Shown in pieces: positions 47,814-61,363 of a stretch of DNA of 64,000 nt. How positions within the stretch are numbered: the stretch's first letter is position 1; every line of letters starts with the position of its first letter. A program made the position numbers and the translations under genes. The notes below the pieces were generated by a model. That model searched no databases. It was not told where the DNA came from and was given only the letters and a program-made list of their open reading frames with translations. The stretch is from Pocillopora damicornis (Eukaryota). Location of the stretch: contig NW_020844017.1 in assembly GCF_003704095.1 (NCBI RefSeq), forward strand, positions 1 to 64,000, read 5' to 3'.

Positions 47814-50800
47814 TCCGGGCGACCCGTCGATCCGTGTGTATTTTTCCTTTCCAAAAATCACTCAGGCGCTTCGAGCTCAGTCAGGCGTTACTAAACACTG
47901 TCACCGGCCGCGTAAGCGAAAACCTGTGAAAATCAAATAAAGAGCACAAATACTATCAGATTTCTGCTGCAGATCACTGGAGCGTTTCGAGAGCGTAAAG
48001 CAGACAGCGCAGAGGTTCAATCCAGTATCGCACTGTACCTTCCACCCTCGTGCTCTCGGACGGGAAACTTACAAATAAAATGCATCTATTAGTTTCTTAG
48101 CTAGAAAATATTGCAACGAACCCGACTCGAAACTGATTGACAGATTTCTTCCAGCGCAGTTTTGATTGGTCCGTTGAGAAACGTATTGTTCTTTTAACCC
48201 AATTTGGGTTACCACAAAACAATTGCATAACGACAATTCTGTCACTCATCTAGAACTCAATAAGATGCATTACCTCTTCCCGGTAAATTACTTCCCGGGG
48301 GATTTCAAGGTTAAGACGAAGCACCGAATTTGGTCTTCTTCACAATTTTCGAGAATGTCGTTAAGCCGAAAATAATGCAGAGTTATTTCAAACTGATCTT
48401 TGCTACGAACGAAATAGCATGCGTATTTCCTGTTTGTAGATGCGTCAAGATTGTTCGTAATACACTGGCATAATTAGGTTGCGCAGTTGTCATTGATTTT
48501 TTACAATAGGGCCTTTTCTTACTGTGAAGGAATCCGCATCGAGGAGAAAGACGAGTAGGTGTTAAATGCAGCAAAGTGTGACTGATTTTTTAGCTATAGA
48601 CCTGAAATTCACTCTACCGTATCAGAGCACTGCCTTAACTACAACAGATAAAGCTAAAAACGGAAGCTAAGTTGACACCGAACGAAACTAAATACTAAAC
48701 AAACTAAAAACAACAGTAGTGGAATTTTTATTATCTCAAGCCCTATTGAAAACATCTCTTTGTGTGCAGGATGCTTTAATAGCGCCCCACAAAGCTTCTT
48801 TTCTCAATTTTTTTCACAGTGAAGCTTGGTGATACATTTGCATCTCTTTGACAAAAAGAAACTTTTGTTATTTACCGGCGGAAAATGTTTATGGCGACTG
48901 ACAGGCTCTAGATGCTACTTAACACCGACTTTGTGTGAACATTATTTGTTTTTCGCGCAATAAATGATTTATCCACTTTCGCCAATTTATTGCCAGACTG
49001 AAGTCAGTGGACGATGCAAAATTTAATCTCACATCACGTTATATCGCAAAGTTGTTTTCATTGCTATGTTGACTGTACCGGATACTTCTAGCATATCACA
49101 GCACGATATGGGCACTCTTGTTTAATTGTGTTTCATCTTGCCCCAATGACCGAAGCGTATGAAGACCTTTTGACTTCTAATTTTGAAATGGGCATATTAT
49201 GCATCAACGAATATTTATAACGAGACGGGGCGTGAGGTGAATTTTTAAGGAGCTGTTAAGTTGTTAACAAGGCAACAAAGTCACTTGATATCGTTAGGGT
49301 CTCTTGGTTCATCACATACGGAAGGTAGCCTCTTTAAGAACCATGCGGAAGGAAGCGGTTGAGCTTTTGTACTAACTTTGCTAGTAAAATCTTTTCGAAC
49401 CACCGATGTTGTGGCTTCAGGCAATCTCTTTTTTCAATGAGTGCTGTGCATAATAATGAAGTGCGATTACAACGCAGATATTAACACGTTCTAGATAATT
49501 TAAAGGCATTTCATTCCACAAGTGGCCGAGTTACATATTGTCGATGCGACGTAAATATCGAATCACGATTACACAGTTGTACACTCGATTTCCTTCAAAC
49601 AGCATGGCGCGAATTTTCGTTGAAATGCATGACGTCATCACAATGGCATTTTCCTCTTGCTTGCAGAGACAAAGGATCGAAGCCAAGGATTTTAGGGTTT
49701 TGCCATGGAAGTTGTATGGCTGCGAACACGATCAAATGGCCACTCACCTCTAAATGAACATATGTCTAGACTGTGGAATATGATAGTTCCTATTAATCCT
49801 GATGTAACTCAAAGAGAGATTTAACGGACTGTTGGTTTTGACTGCAAACAGAGCAATATTAACATCAGACTTCAAAACATTCTCCACTTGTTTTCTCCAA
49901 AGCACAATCGGATTGGCTTAACTTAATTCATCCTCAAAAATTTCAATAGTTTTCTACCAGTTTGTTTGAAATCTTAAAGACGTGACTTTGCCAATTTTTC
50001 ACGATTTACATAAAGTATTGGAATTTTAAAACCAATCTAATGAATGATTAAGCCCTAAGGCTAGCTTCAAATGATTCAGTTTAAAAAATTAAGAAATCTT
50101 CCAGCTGCAGTGGAGTAAAATATTCATTAAAAATGCCTCAAAGTAAGGGAAGTTTGTGAGTTATTTAGGGTAGGATCAGATTTTACACCATGATTTTTTG
50201 CGGAAAAAGTTTTGACCTTTGAGATGGAAAGTGAGTTTAAAGAGGTCCTTCACTCAGACGGAAAACCGCGTAAGTGGCTTTTGCACGCAAGAATGATCGG
50301 CGGAGAACACGAAATCAAGAGAGCATAGCTTTTTATAACGATCTATCTGCGAGATGTTTAGAGATAAAACACAATTTTGAAGTATCGTGAAATCCTTCTA
50401 AACAAAATGTCCCCAACTGAAACAAAATCGTTAAGTTCACTGGAATTTTTTTTTTTTTCGATTGGGCTATAAAATTACTATCAGGTTTTGAGGCAAACTC
50501 TGTTTCTCTGATGATGCGAATATCAAGAGAAGTAACATACAAAACCTCTTAGAAGTAAAGAAGAAAACACACACAGGAGTAAAGAAAATTAGTGTTTGGT
50601 CAAGTTGCGCAATAAAGAACAGATTTGCGGATAATCTCCGCCACCTGAATGGAGACATGTTCAAACGTTTCTAACGTTCTATATCTCTCCCCTCGTGTTA
50701 TCGCTTCATCTTCCTCCTACTTAATGCAACGGAAAGAAAACCATATTAAAACCATTTTAGCCTCGTTATCCTGCGACTCTTCTTTAACAGTCATAACTTA

Positions 50801-53800
50801 ATTGCCGCTTATCGGCAAGACGGAGCGATTTCATCACAAGGGAAGTCACTCGCAAAGCTCTGGAATAAATCAACTTTTATCATTTCTTCTTTCTGAAATT
50901 TTCTATCGCGCTCTTGTTCTTTCAATTACATTTAAAAAAATACAAAATAATTGCAAAAGAAAAGGAGTTAATGACAAATTCAGGATTTAGTTTCCTCACT
51001 CTTGTTCAACGTCGCCACGTTCCACTGAAAGATCAGACTGGCGATTCACGTCTCACACGCTTCCTTAGTTTGTATTTTCAACTTGACTGACTTGCGGTTC
51101 AACTTTATGATTTTTATACGGGTTCGTATCGCGCGCCACTGTGCTAATTTTACGCATCGAAATCAGCAGTGAGAGACGACATGGTTGTTGCATGCTTCAG
51201 TTTCCTAGAGCAGTGATGTGTGGCAATAAAAATCAACTAATGTTAAGGCGTTTCTCTACGAGAAATCAACTCAGTTTGGTTCCTATGAATTCGCGAGGAA
51301 ATAACGCTAGCCGTTAAACACGAACAACTGTCCGAGTAGAATCTTAGACCAATTTTTTTTTTAGATAAGTAGTGCAAAGTCGTTCGCACGAAAAATTCCG
51401 TGAGGTTCAGCTCCATTTTGATTTATCTAATCTCTTCCCTTGAGATTCTAGCGACTGGGTTTCTTGGAGCAGTGCATCAAAAACTTCTCGTGGCTGTCTC
51501 AGCTTCATCAACCGAAGCAGCTTTGCGCTCCCTAAATCTAACGCTCCTCGTCGTTTTGTTGCAATAATCAAATTACGATGTATTTACTCGTTCACCACAG
51601 CTCACTGGCTCATCTTGACGCTACCCTAAATTCACACCTCACTCGAATGAATCCGTGTTAAACCAATGAACCAGAAATGTTCAACAAAATCGACCGACTC
51701 CGTTTTACCACAACTCACCAAGCGGTATTTCAGTTCATCGGATATCACTTCTCGATACGGAACGACGATTCGGTTGCCTGTATCTTAGTCGCATTGGACG
51801 CGAAAGCTTTAATCCAGCGCTGTCCTCCCTAGCAAATATTTACGCAGTAAACAGGCGCTCGTGGCCAGGCGTCAGAAAGGATTTGTGGACGAAATTGTTT
51901 GTTTGCGAGAGATTTATCACAACTATAGTCAAGCTTGACATAGCAGCAAGACATGCGAGACAAATCGTTGAAAAGAACGCTGTCAGCGCGATTTTGCCTT
52001 ATATATATGAATACTTTTCGAAACTAAGCATGTCGAAAGCTACAAAATTCCTTCACAGGGTACAAAGAAACAAATCTGGTATCAAACCGATAAAACATCA
52101 TAACCTCTCTCTCTAATTGTTTAAGTACGCTGACTGAAAGCGAACATAACAAGCTATATTAAAAAGGTAGAGAAAAAATAGAGGGGTACTTTACCTTCTA
52201 AGCGAATGTGCTCGAGTCGGTTGGCTCCGCCAAATAATATTCTTGACAAAGATATAAGAAGTTTGTAAAGGGTTGCCAATAAATAGGGAGTCCTAGAGTG
52301 GCTCTCCTTTGTTATGTATATTAGATGCTTGATTAACTAGCTCGTAATATACTCTACTAATGTTTTTTAGCCTCGAGCGATTCGGCGTTAGATGCATGGG
52401 CTTCGACCACGGCAACTTCTGCTAAGTTCAGTTATGACGGGCACTATCAGTCACTAAGATTACCAGCTCGTTATTTTTTATTAGCAAAATATTTTAAAGA
52501 CCAGCTGTGATTATCAAGTTTAGTTGAAGTTTGAGGGGGTTTCGTGCATGCGTCGAATGACTTTTGCAATCTATTTTTATGAAGGTTGAATAATGTTTTC
52601 TCTGTGCTATTGACGTAGTTGTGACCACTGTTGTTTTCCGGAACAAAGGACGAAACATCTCGCCGATGGTGAGCATTCCTTGCTTTTAGCATTCACTCAG
52701 TGTTTTCTCTCTCCTTCACAATAAACGCAAGGTGTTTTGAGCTTACTAGCATCTGCAGATTGATTTTGCTAAGCTTAAGATAAATACCAAAATGCAGCAC
52801 ATTGTTCATTTCTTTAAAGCATGTTTACGCCTGATTTCCAACGCTGAATCAAACTACAAGATGCTTCAATATTACCACCAAGTTGAGACGTCTTTTCAAT
52901 TGACTAAGAGGCTTCTCATTGGTCGATCAATCAGCAAAGAATTAACAAAAAGCCGACGCGTTCGTATGAGTGTAGGAATGAGCGCGTTGTTTTCGATTAT
53001 ATCTGCTTCTGGGCGCATTCCGCAAATTCACTACTCGAGGGTAGTTTGTTTGTCATACATCAATTTCCTCTTAGTTCATGTTAAGCTCACCCCAGCTATT
53101 GTCAGCGTGAGGTAGATGTCAGCCGATAGCATTTTAATTGCTTCAGCTATTAAAGTTAAAGACAATTTCTAACTTTGACAACGTGCAGTCCATCTTGTTT
53201 TGTTAGAGTAGGAAAACTCAGATGGTTTTTATTAAAGTTTGACAAGTTTTTTTTTTCGTAAACTTCCCTTACAGCTTCGCCAAACCTCAGCAATACGGTT
53301 ACAATAGGTACATTGATTGATAATGAGTTTGGAGTGTTGCTCAGTGATAAATTTAGATAGTTTCCTTTTGAATGACTGGCAAATAAAATGCAATCCTTGT
53401 TTTGCTTCAAGAGTATTAGGAAAACCACTTACTGTTAAATTCGCGCTAATAGAGCTTGACATGCGATGTTGTAAGGTCTGCACAAGGAAGACTCTTGAGT
53501 ACGTGATTCGAGTGAGTGAATTTTACATTTCAGCAGTAACTCGGAGCACACAAAACATTAGATACTGGTCCTTGTAACAATCATCGTTTGAGTTGTTTAT
53601 GAAAGTATATTGGAATAGCTTAGATGCTAGAGGTCAATTTGTAGTCGCCATGAAGAAATTCAACCTTACAAGCGGTGTCGCTCAGGACCAGCTTCTGAAA
53701 ATGGAGAGTCCATGTCTGACGCTTTTTCTTAATATTGTAGTGTTTGTCTGGTTCTAAAAGGGGTCGAAACTAATCTTGAAATGTTGGACGCAGTAGGCTT

Positions 53801-56454
53801 AGTTAGACTCAAGAGTTTTGCAGTTATCTAGTTGCTTTTAAGACCCTTAACGGTGCGTGAGCGGTTGTGATCCTTCAATGCGCCTTAAATCGTACAAATT
53901 ATCTGGTATATAGACCCTTATATAAACAAACATGAAGCGAATTAAGCTCGCTAGAGGATTTATTTGTAGTACGGATTCACGCTTTGCTAACCAACCTCGC
54001 AGCGTCAACTGCTGTACAAACCCTCGTAATCGAGAACTTTGTCCTTACGACGGTGATAGAGCAAGCCTTCATCAAAAAAGCAGAGAAGGAAAAGAAAAGA
54101 AAAGAAACTGAACATCGCAATATTTTTATTGACTGTGCAGAATCAGCAAAGGTTTGAGCCGTAAAGCTTTTTTCCTTCTTATGACAAAGCATTAAGAAGA
54201 GAAAATTACCGATTGTCTGATATGGGTGGACAAGCACTTTACAATGCCAGTCTCGCTTCCATGATTTTCGTGGCACGCTCAGCTAATGCTCTGTTGAAAC
54301 CGTTGAAAAGCAAAATTGATTGACTAGGATATGCTTGAGAAAAGCGCAATGCTTTCATAATGCCGGCGAATTTTTAGGCTCACGGATCACGCGAAGAACT
54401 GGGCGTCACTCGTTTACGGAAAATTCAACGAAAACACGCTTTATTATGAAGAGTATCATTTACGTTGAGATCGGTCAGAACAATGATTTATGGGGTTGTT
54501 ATTTAATAGGTTTCTCATGCGTCAAGCTTCTGAGCTCTGATTGTTTTGGTTGCCTTGGTGATTTTTATGGACGGGAAGGGCGTCAATAAGGCGGACTCGT
54601 GTCGTTCATGCAAATTTGAGGTAAATATAAGAGTCCATGGATCAATATTGACAAGCGCGTATAAGAAATGGACATTTAATGATTTTCAAGTAGAAGATAC
54701 TTGAACATCAATTTCGATTTCCTTCATAACTGTAAATCACAGCTTTCATAGTTGCCGGTTCCTTGTTGTTTGATGAAAGTTTCTCACTATACGTGACTTT
54801 CCTTTTCTCTTAGATTTCCACCCACCTGCAAAACATAGTTTAAAAAGACATTGAAACAAAAAATAAAAATTCTCTCTCCACGGAAAATTGGTTTGAAGTA
54901 AAGATACTAAGCCGAAAAAGCAACTAATGTAAAAATGTATGGACACGATCACTCGGGTCACTTGTTTCCCACAGTCCAAAAATTCGCTACACCAATGTTA
55001 ATTTTTTTAACTTTAAAATCTCTGCGGGCGTCATATACATACAATAAGTCTGTATTCATAAACGCTGTCACACGTAACTACCAAACGTCTTCCGGACTCC
55101 GAAACTACTTCTTTAATAAGGAAACAGAGAGGTCATGGATGTTTCTAGTAAAATTTTTGGTCAGAAGAGGATTTGGTGAACAAACGCGCAAAATATATCT
55201 CGCTTGGTGACTTGTTTCAAATCAATTACGTAATTATGGCAAATCTGCGTAACTTGTGGTTTAACACGGAATTCAGTTCAGGGGGCTATCATACTGATAA
55301 AAAATTCATATATGACGACTTGGGACAAGTGTGTTGAAGAAAAGTTGATACTCGTCATGAAAATTCTTCGTTAAAATGAGCAGTCAAAGAAGATCTAAAA
55401 CTCACAAGATGGAAATGAATTCGAAAGAGCTACACGCAGGAGCTACACGCCATAAATTGTTCTTTTGTTTTGTTTTATTATTATTGTTTTTGTCTTGTTT
55501 GTTTTCCTTTTCTGGATAACCGGTTATTGTTGTAAAGTTCCTTTGAAGTCTCACGAAAATTTTGGGGACCAGGAAAGATGAGACTGATCACAATCCATTG
55601 CCGATACAAGTTAATCATTAACCAGTACAAAGACTGGCTACTCTTTAGTTAGTGAACATTACAAAGATGATCTCTTTAATGACTGCGCAAAGTTATATCC
55701 ACAGTTTCACTAAGAGTCGTTTGATGATTCTTCTTAATAGAAATGAGTAATCGAAGCAGGGAGCACAATAACGAACACTGAATCGAACTGAATCTTGTAA
55801 CATTCCTCTCAGTTTACCAAGAAACCCTTGACACTACTCTTCTGGCTTTATCAGTAATTTTTCAATTAGTTTTCCTAGAAACGTGACTCTAATAAATGAG
55901 CTTTCTTTACTTCTCTTCTACCTATGAATTAATGACGACATGACGAGTTCATGAGAATGAATTGCGATCAATTACGTGAACGAATTCGCTGAAAAGCGAA
56001 TACGAGAGGAAATGAAACTATTCTTCACGCATAATGACGAAATCCTTTCTTTTCTTTGTTTCTTTGTTTGTTTAGTGCTCATTGCTTCTTTTCTAGTTAG
56101 AGCAAATAATGTAAATGAAACCATATTCAAATGCTACAAGTACACGCGACTCTTTGGTGCCAGCTCACAAATTCCCGAAATGCTTCTGGGTTCCCAGTTG
56201 ATTATCCATTTCCTGACAAAGATAACAATTACTGCACATTCGTAGTTCTCATTAGATTACCTTTAACTGAAGTTTGACCTGTATGCTTTGCTCATGGATA
56301 TTAAAAAGCTGTATTACCATTCTTGAGGTTTTAATTTGTATTTTTATATATTCACTCATCTATTCATTCAATTATTTTCAATAAGCTATGAAACAAGAAA
56401 TAATCTTTTCTTGTTCATCCCAGACTCGTAAAAGAAAACGCAATAATAAATCAA

Positions 56455-56703
56455 AACCAAAATCATGACATCGTCTAATCAGGAGAAAGCAAGTACTTTA
56501 AAGAACCAATGAGAACTCAAAGTAAACTGATCAAACAAAATGCCCAAAGCGCGGAAAATGTGACCAGGTAGTGATTGGTGTTAATTTTGCATCTGATTGG
56601 TAGGTTGGGAAATTGGTGCAAGTTGTTTTGGATCACAGAGCAAAACAAAGAAAAACCACTGCAATCCAAGATTATTTTTGACACTTAATTGAAAACTGGT
56701 CTA
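56455..56703. mobile_element. MITE-like repeat, same family as 61364-61808, in the opposite orientation
   Basis: Shared motifs ATGAGAACTCAAAGTAAA, AAAGCGCGG, TGATTGGT and terminal GACACTTAATTGAAAACTGGTCTA. Confidence 0.6.
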
Positions 56704-57269
56704 TAACAGCTACCAGGTATAACTATGTATTTCCTTTCATAAGTGATGCTCATGATCAATAACGGGCACATAGACGAAGTTAACTGAGCAAAAATCACAA
56801 GCTAAGGTCAAAGGATTTCAGAGAACCCTTTGCCTGTCAGGTCTCCATCGTTTGTGACCTGGGTTTTTCTTCAGTTTTTCATCCAAAATCTTTAATTTTT
56901 CACTGATATATGATGTCATCTGTGCTGTTTCGGTTTCTGTTCCTCGCTTTGTCTTCTCATCTATTTTTGTGTCATTGTTATCGACGTTCTTTCGATTATG
57001 AGCGATTCTTAATCTGATTTTTCAGTTTTGATGGATATTTTTTTAGAATTTTCCGGTCTCTTCGTTCGATCATTGTGGTTTGGCCGACATGATATCTCAC
57101 TTTGACACAACTAGATAGTCCGGTAGAAGGAAAATTCAAAGGTCTGTACGTTTGAAAAAGTGATGAGAATGATGGCGGTGACAAATTCAACCGAGAGTGG
57201 GACACAGATTAAGGCATCTGAAAAACTTGTATGTTACCCCACTTTTGATAGTGGATTAGAACAGCCTTT

Positions 57270-58105
57270 AATTTAGTTCTTTGCCGTTAACATTCTTCTA
57301 TCCTTCAAAGCTTTTTGGGGGAATTATCTTATCCTTGCTGCGTTTTATAAGGAATCTTTGCTTTATCCGCTGTTTAAACTCTTTTATCGCTGTCTGGAAA
57401 CAACTGATCTATTTGTCGGTCTTATTACCCAAACTCTATATGCCACTCGTTGGACATCCTTGGTTAAACAAGACTGGAATCTTTGTCGATGCACTTACGA
57501 CGCAGCCTACATCACAGGTTATACGTTCTGTTCTGTCTCTTTGCTGACCACGACGGCCATAAGCGTGAACAGACCTCTTGCCGTGTTTTTGGGACTGAAT
57601 TACAAACAAATCGTAACACTGAAGCGCGTATATGTTGCTATAGCTATCTTTGGGCTGCATGTGGTGTTGCAGCCTTATGCCATATTTTAGATTACCGTAT
57701 AACCTTCTGGTATGGTTGTCCAATTACACTATTTTGTCTTGTCCTTTCAATCGCCTCGTACACAAAGATTTTTCCGCGCTCTCAGTCAGCATCGCGCTCA
57801 GATGCAAAGTCATGTCCAAAAACAGCCGAGCCCAAAAAAACATATTGAATATCCCGCAGTACAGAAAGGCAGTGTACAGTGCCTTGTGGGTACAGTTGGC
57901 TTTAAGTATTTGTTTTTCGCCTCATAGCTAAGTGGTAATTGTGATCACCGCTTGTACAACACATTCAACTACTAATATCGTTATTGAGGAAATAATGTCA
58001 GGTTTAGTTTTGTTTAACCCTTTTTTAAACCAGTTTCATTACTGCTGGAGATGACTGAGGTAAGATAAGCAGTAAAGCAGACAACTAGACAAGCACTTTG
58101 CTATC
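57270..58105 (+). pseudogene. Class A GPCR pseudogene (coral-expanded melanocortin/adenosine-receptor-like family)
   Basis: Consecutive fragments in different frames: KESLLYPLFKLFYRCLETTDLFVGLITQ.., AISVNRPLAVFLGLNYKQIVTLKR, WAACGVAAL..SIASYTKIF, RALSQHRAQ, YRKAVYSALWVQLALSICFSP, NPFLNQFHYCWR. At least 3 frameshifts, in-frame stops and decayed DRY/NPxxY equivalents. Confidence 0.85.
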
Positions 58106-59346
58106 GATCCATGGGATTAAATTTCTCTTAAGGTTTGGGTCGTGAGAGGTCTTGGCCGAAATAATGGCTCATAAATTCGAAGATCAGTCCGCTGCTCGTT
58201 TTTCAACACTTCCTCTCTCTTTTCATTGAACCCCAAAACGCGAAAAACTAATTTCATCATTCTCATATCTCATGAACGGTTTGTTTTATGCGAGTACAGC
58301 TAATTTAATATCTAATGTTACTTTGTAAGCTTAAAGAAAATTTGGATAAAATTAGAGAGACGTAGATGTAAAGATGTATTACAAGTGAATTACGGGCTCC
58401 TGGGCTAATCTTTCCAAGTGAACGGGGTCTGTGATTGTTCTATGAGCTAGTCAAATTGAAAAGCAGCCACAGCTTTGAATTTTTTTTTATTTTAGGGAAT
58501 TGTCAATGATGTCATAACAAAAATGTGTTGGGAATTTATCTATTTTTGGAATTGTTGTTTTTACCGAAGTCAACTTTAAAAACAAAATTATTCGTCACAA
58601 GTTCTCGAATAAAGCTCTATTTTACATATTTTTATTTTTCCCGAAGGTAAATATGATAAAGAAATTAAAGAAGTCGAATTCAACCCAAATCAACCAGAAT
58701 CTTTTTCAATGTAGGTTGGATAATTTTTAACTACGCTTAACTCGAATCCAGACTATGGAGGCGAAGGTATGCGTATTTGTTTCTTTAAAAATCTTCAGCC
58801 ATAAAGTGCTGCTAATTTGAGCAATAGACCGTACTTCCTATCGGCTTGCCGGCGTAGTGCCTAGTTGGAATGTTGGGAGTGATTTACAAGCTTTTTGAGT
58901 CAAACCTCTCGTGATGTAAGCTGAGTACAGGCATTTAACTCAAATCTTGTCGGCGGTAACCAAAGTTTTGAAATTCTTTTATTATTCTATCGTCTCTAAT
59001 GAGTTTGAAAACCTGTCTAAATCCAAACATCTAACGTCTGTTCATCAATATAAGCGACCAAAAATGCAAGCTATGATGACAGTTGTAAACTTAAACGTTT
59101 ATTTCCAAAATTTTAGAACTGTTCACGAGACGAAAACATGACGAACCGAAGACCGAAACCTTTCTTGGCATACATTACACATGTGTGCACTATCACGCAA
59201 TTTAATCGACACAGCAGACACGCTTTATTGCACTGATGAGGGTGTCAAAGAGATGTGCTGCATGAGTCTCACAAAATGCCTGCATCTCATCGGAGCTTTA
59301 TAGAGATTGACCCCCACTCTCATAGTGCCTGTTCAAGGCCAACTGA

Positions 59347-59566
59347 AATAGGTCATTTTACAGTTGTGTACTTAATTGCCAAGCCCTTGATTTAGAGTGT
59401 GGCTGAAGGTGACCTTGTTGCGATAGAGACCTCTATCTAGTTAGTATGATAACAAAGTAATTTGCATTTGAAAAGTAGCAAGGTTTGTCTTACAACAAAG
59501 TCAACCTCAGCCTCACTCCTGTTTAAAGGCTTGGTAACCAAGCACACAACTGTAAAATGGACTATT
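59347..59566. mobile_element. MITE with imperfect TIRs of about 40 bp
   Basis: AATAGGTCATTTTACAGTTGTGTACTTAATTGCCAAGCC ... GGCTTGGTAACCAAGCACACAACTGTAAAATGGACTATT. Confidence 0.8.
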
Positions 59567-60061
59567 ATGTCATCATTTTTTAAATTATTTTATGATGTAA
59601 ATAGTGTGAAGTAAGTGAAGCTGGAATATGCAGCAGGCGAAGACAGTCTTTGAATATAACCATGTACCGTTTTTCTCCTGACTGGCTTTTTTTTAGTGGT
59701 GTTCGAGGCAAATGTTTTGGCGGTGTTTCTTCTACAGCTTGTGCACTACCGCGTCCCTGGTTGATAACATGCCATCCTCTCGAGACATTTCAGTGTTTAA
59801 GGCAGTTATCTTCCTCTACAAGCAGAACTATTGCGTGTTTTTTCTCACAGACAACAACCTCTACGCCGAGCGGTTTACCTACTGAGGAGGCGATAAAAAC
59901 AAGTGCTATGGTAATAACACGGGATACGAAGTTCGTAGCCATGTTACGAACGTTCCACTTCAATACTTAAATTCACATCTGTGGCCAAAATATATATATT
60001 TTTTGTTCGGAAAGATATGTTGCAGAGCAGGTTCGAAAGAAACTTTCTTTAAATTGGGAAC

Positions 60062-60308
60062 CTTGGTCCAGTTGTTCGAAGGCCGATTAGCGCTAACCCA
60101 GGGTTAAATTTTAATCTGGGTTTCTTTACTCCTTTGTTCGCGCGGCCTTTTTTAGATCATATTCTCTATTCTAAATGGAGCACTTGATTATCAAATTGTC
60201 GACAAAAAGTATTATACTAAATCTTCTTTTAAAGCCTTCAGATCTGAAATCATATTTCACACTAACCCTGGGTTATCTAAGCCCAGCTTTGAACAAACAA
60301 CCCAGCCC
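60062..60308. mobile_element. MITE-like element
   Basis: Imperfect terminal inverted motifs GTTGTTCGAAG..TAACCCAGGGTTA / TAACCCTGGGTTA..CTTTGAACAA. Confidence 0.55.
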
Positions 60309-60329
60309 TTATCTGTTTAGGCTAGGGCT

Positions 60330-60738
60330 TATCCCCGCGACATGAAACAAACAATAGTAATTTTAAAAATACCGCCATATCGCGCCTAGAATGTTACTAT
60401 GGAAATATTGTCATTCCTATTCCTTTACGCGCATAAATTTTCGCGCGCGTTACAAGCATGCGCGCTCGTTTTGTCGTTGTGTCAACTTAATCAACATCAT
60501 AAGCGCGTGCACAGTAAAGATCAAAGAATCATCTTAAGCCCTGTCTCGTCATAGAAGATATTTCACGTAATGATGACGCCAAAAACGAAGCAGGAGAAAA
60601 ATTAGCTTTTGGAAGAAGAACAATATCCCAATAACGTCGCTGAAAAGATTTCAATTAATATTTAATTCTACTGATCTTTGCTGTGACTGTGCAAAGGCGT
60701 TTGTTCTTCGTTTTGTAACGAGCGCAACTCACGCCAAA
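60330..60738. promoter_or_regulatory. CpG-rich putative promoter of the microprotein gene
   Basis: Dense CG dinucleotides with TTTCGCGC (E2F-like), GCATGCGC (NRF1-like) and TGACG (CRE half-site) motifs just upstream of the ATG at 60739. Confidence 0.45.
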
Positions 60739-60834
60739 ATGAAACCTTTGAATTTCGCGCTTGGTTGTTTGGTTACAACAGGCGTTGTCGGTGCTACTGT
60801 TGTTGTTTACAACTGGTGGAAAAACAAAGGAAAG
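60739..60834 (+). CDS. 75-aa single-pass microprotein, exon 1 (signal anchor)
   Basis: AAAATG context, MKPLNFALGCLVTTGVVGATVVVYNWWKNKGK, donor AAG|GTTAGT, phase 0. Confidence 0.65.
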
Positions 60835-61363
60835 GTTAGTAGCATCTAATGTATATTTATGTTTCCATGAGGCAACACTTTTTCCTCAACGACAATAACA
60901 ACGACAAAGGAATCTGCATCTTGCATGGGTTAAAAGGGTTTCTTTTTATGTGAAATAGACGAAACGAAATGTACAATAGAACAAAACGTATATGTTGATA
61001 TTAGAATTCCCTTAACTTGATATTTGAGAAAAAAATAATTAACTTTTTTTTTTATTCCGTGAAATTTTGCTTCAAATTTTGGGAGTAGCATGGAATATTG
61101 TGGGTTTCTATGAAGACTTTTTTTGCCTTCATTTTAAGACACTTTAAAGCAGGCGAAACTGTACGCCTTACCACATTTTTCAACTTTTTTTTATGAATGA
61201 AAGTAAAAGATAGCACAGAATCAGACTACAAATCAACAAAAGCAGAGCAGTTCTCTCATTGGAACTGATGAATATCGTTGATAAATCGAGGCTAATATCT
61301 TCATGGTCCCCAATTCAAACTTGGTCATATGACAGGCTTAAACCAATCGTGCGCGAGTGAAGA

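Noticed and set aside
48274-52330. Upstream donor-bearing segments as the first coding exon of PaxB
   Set aside because: In the required phase they contain in-frame stops and no ATG. The ATG at 47813 fits better.
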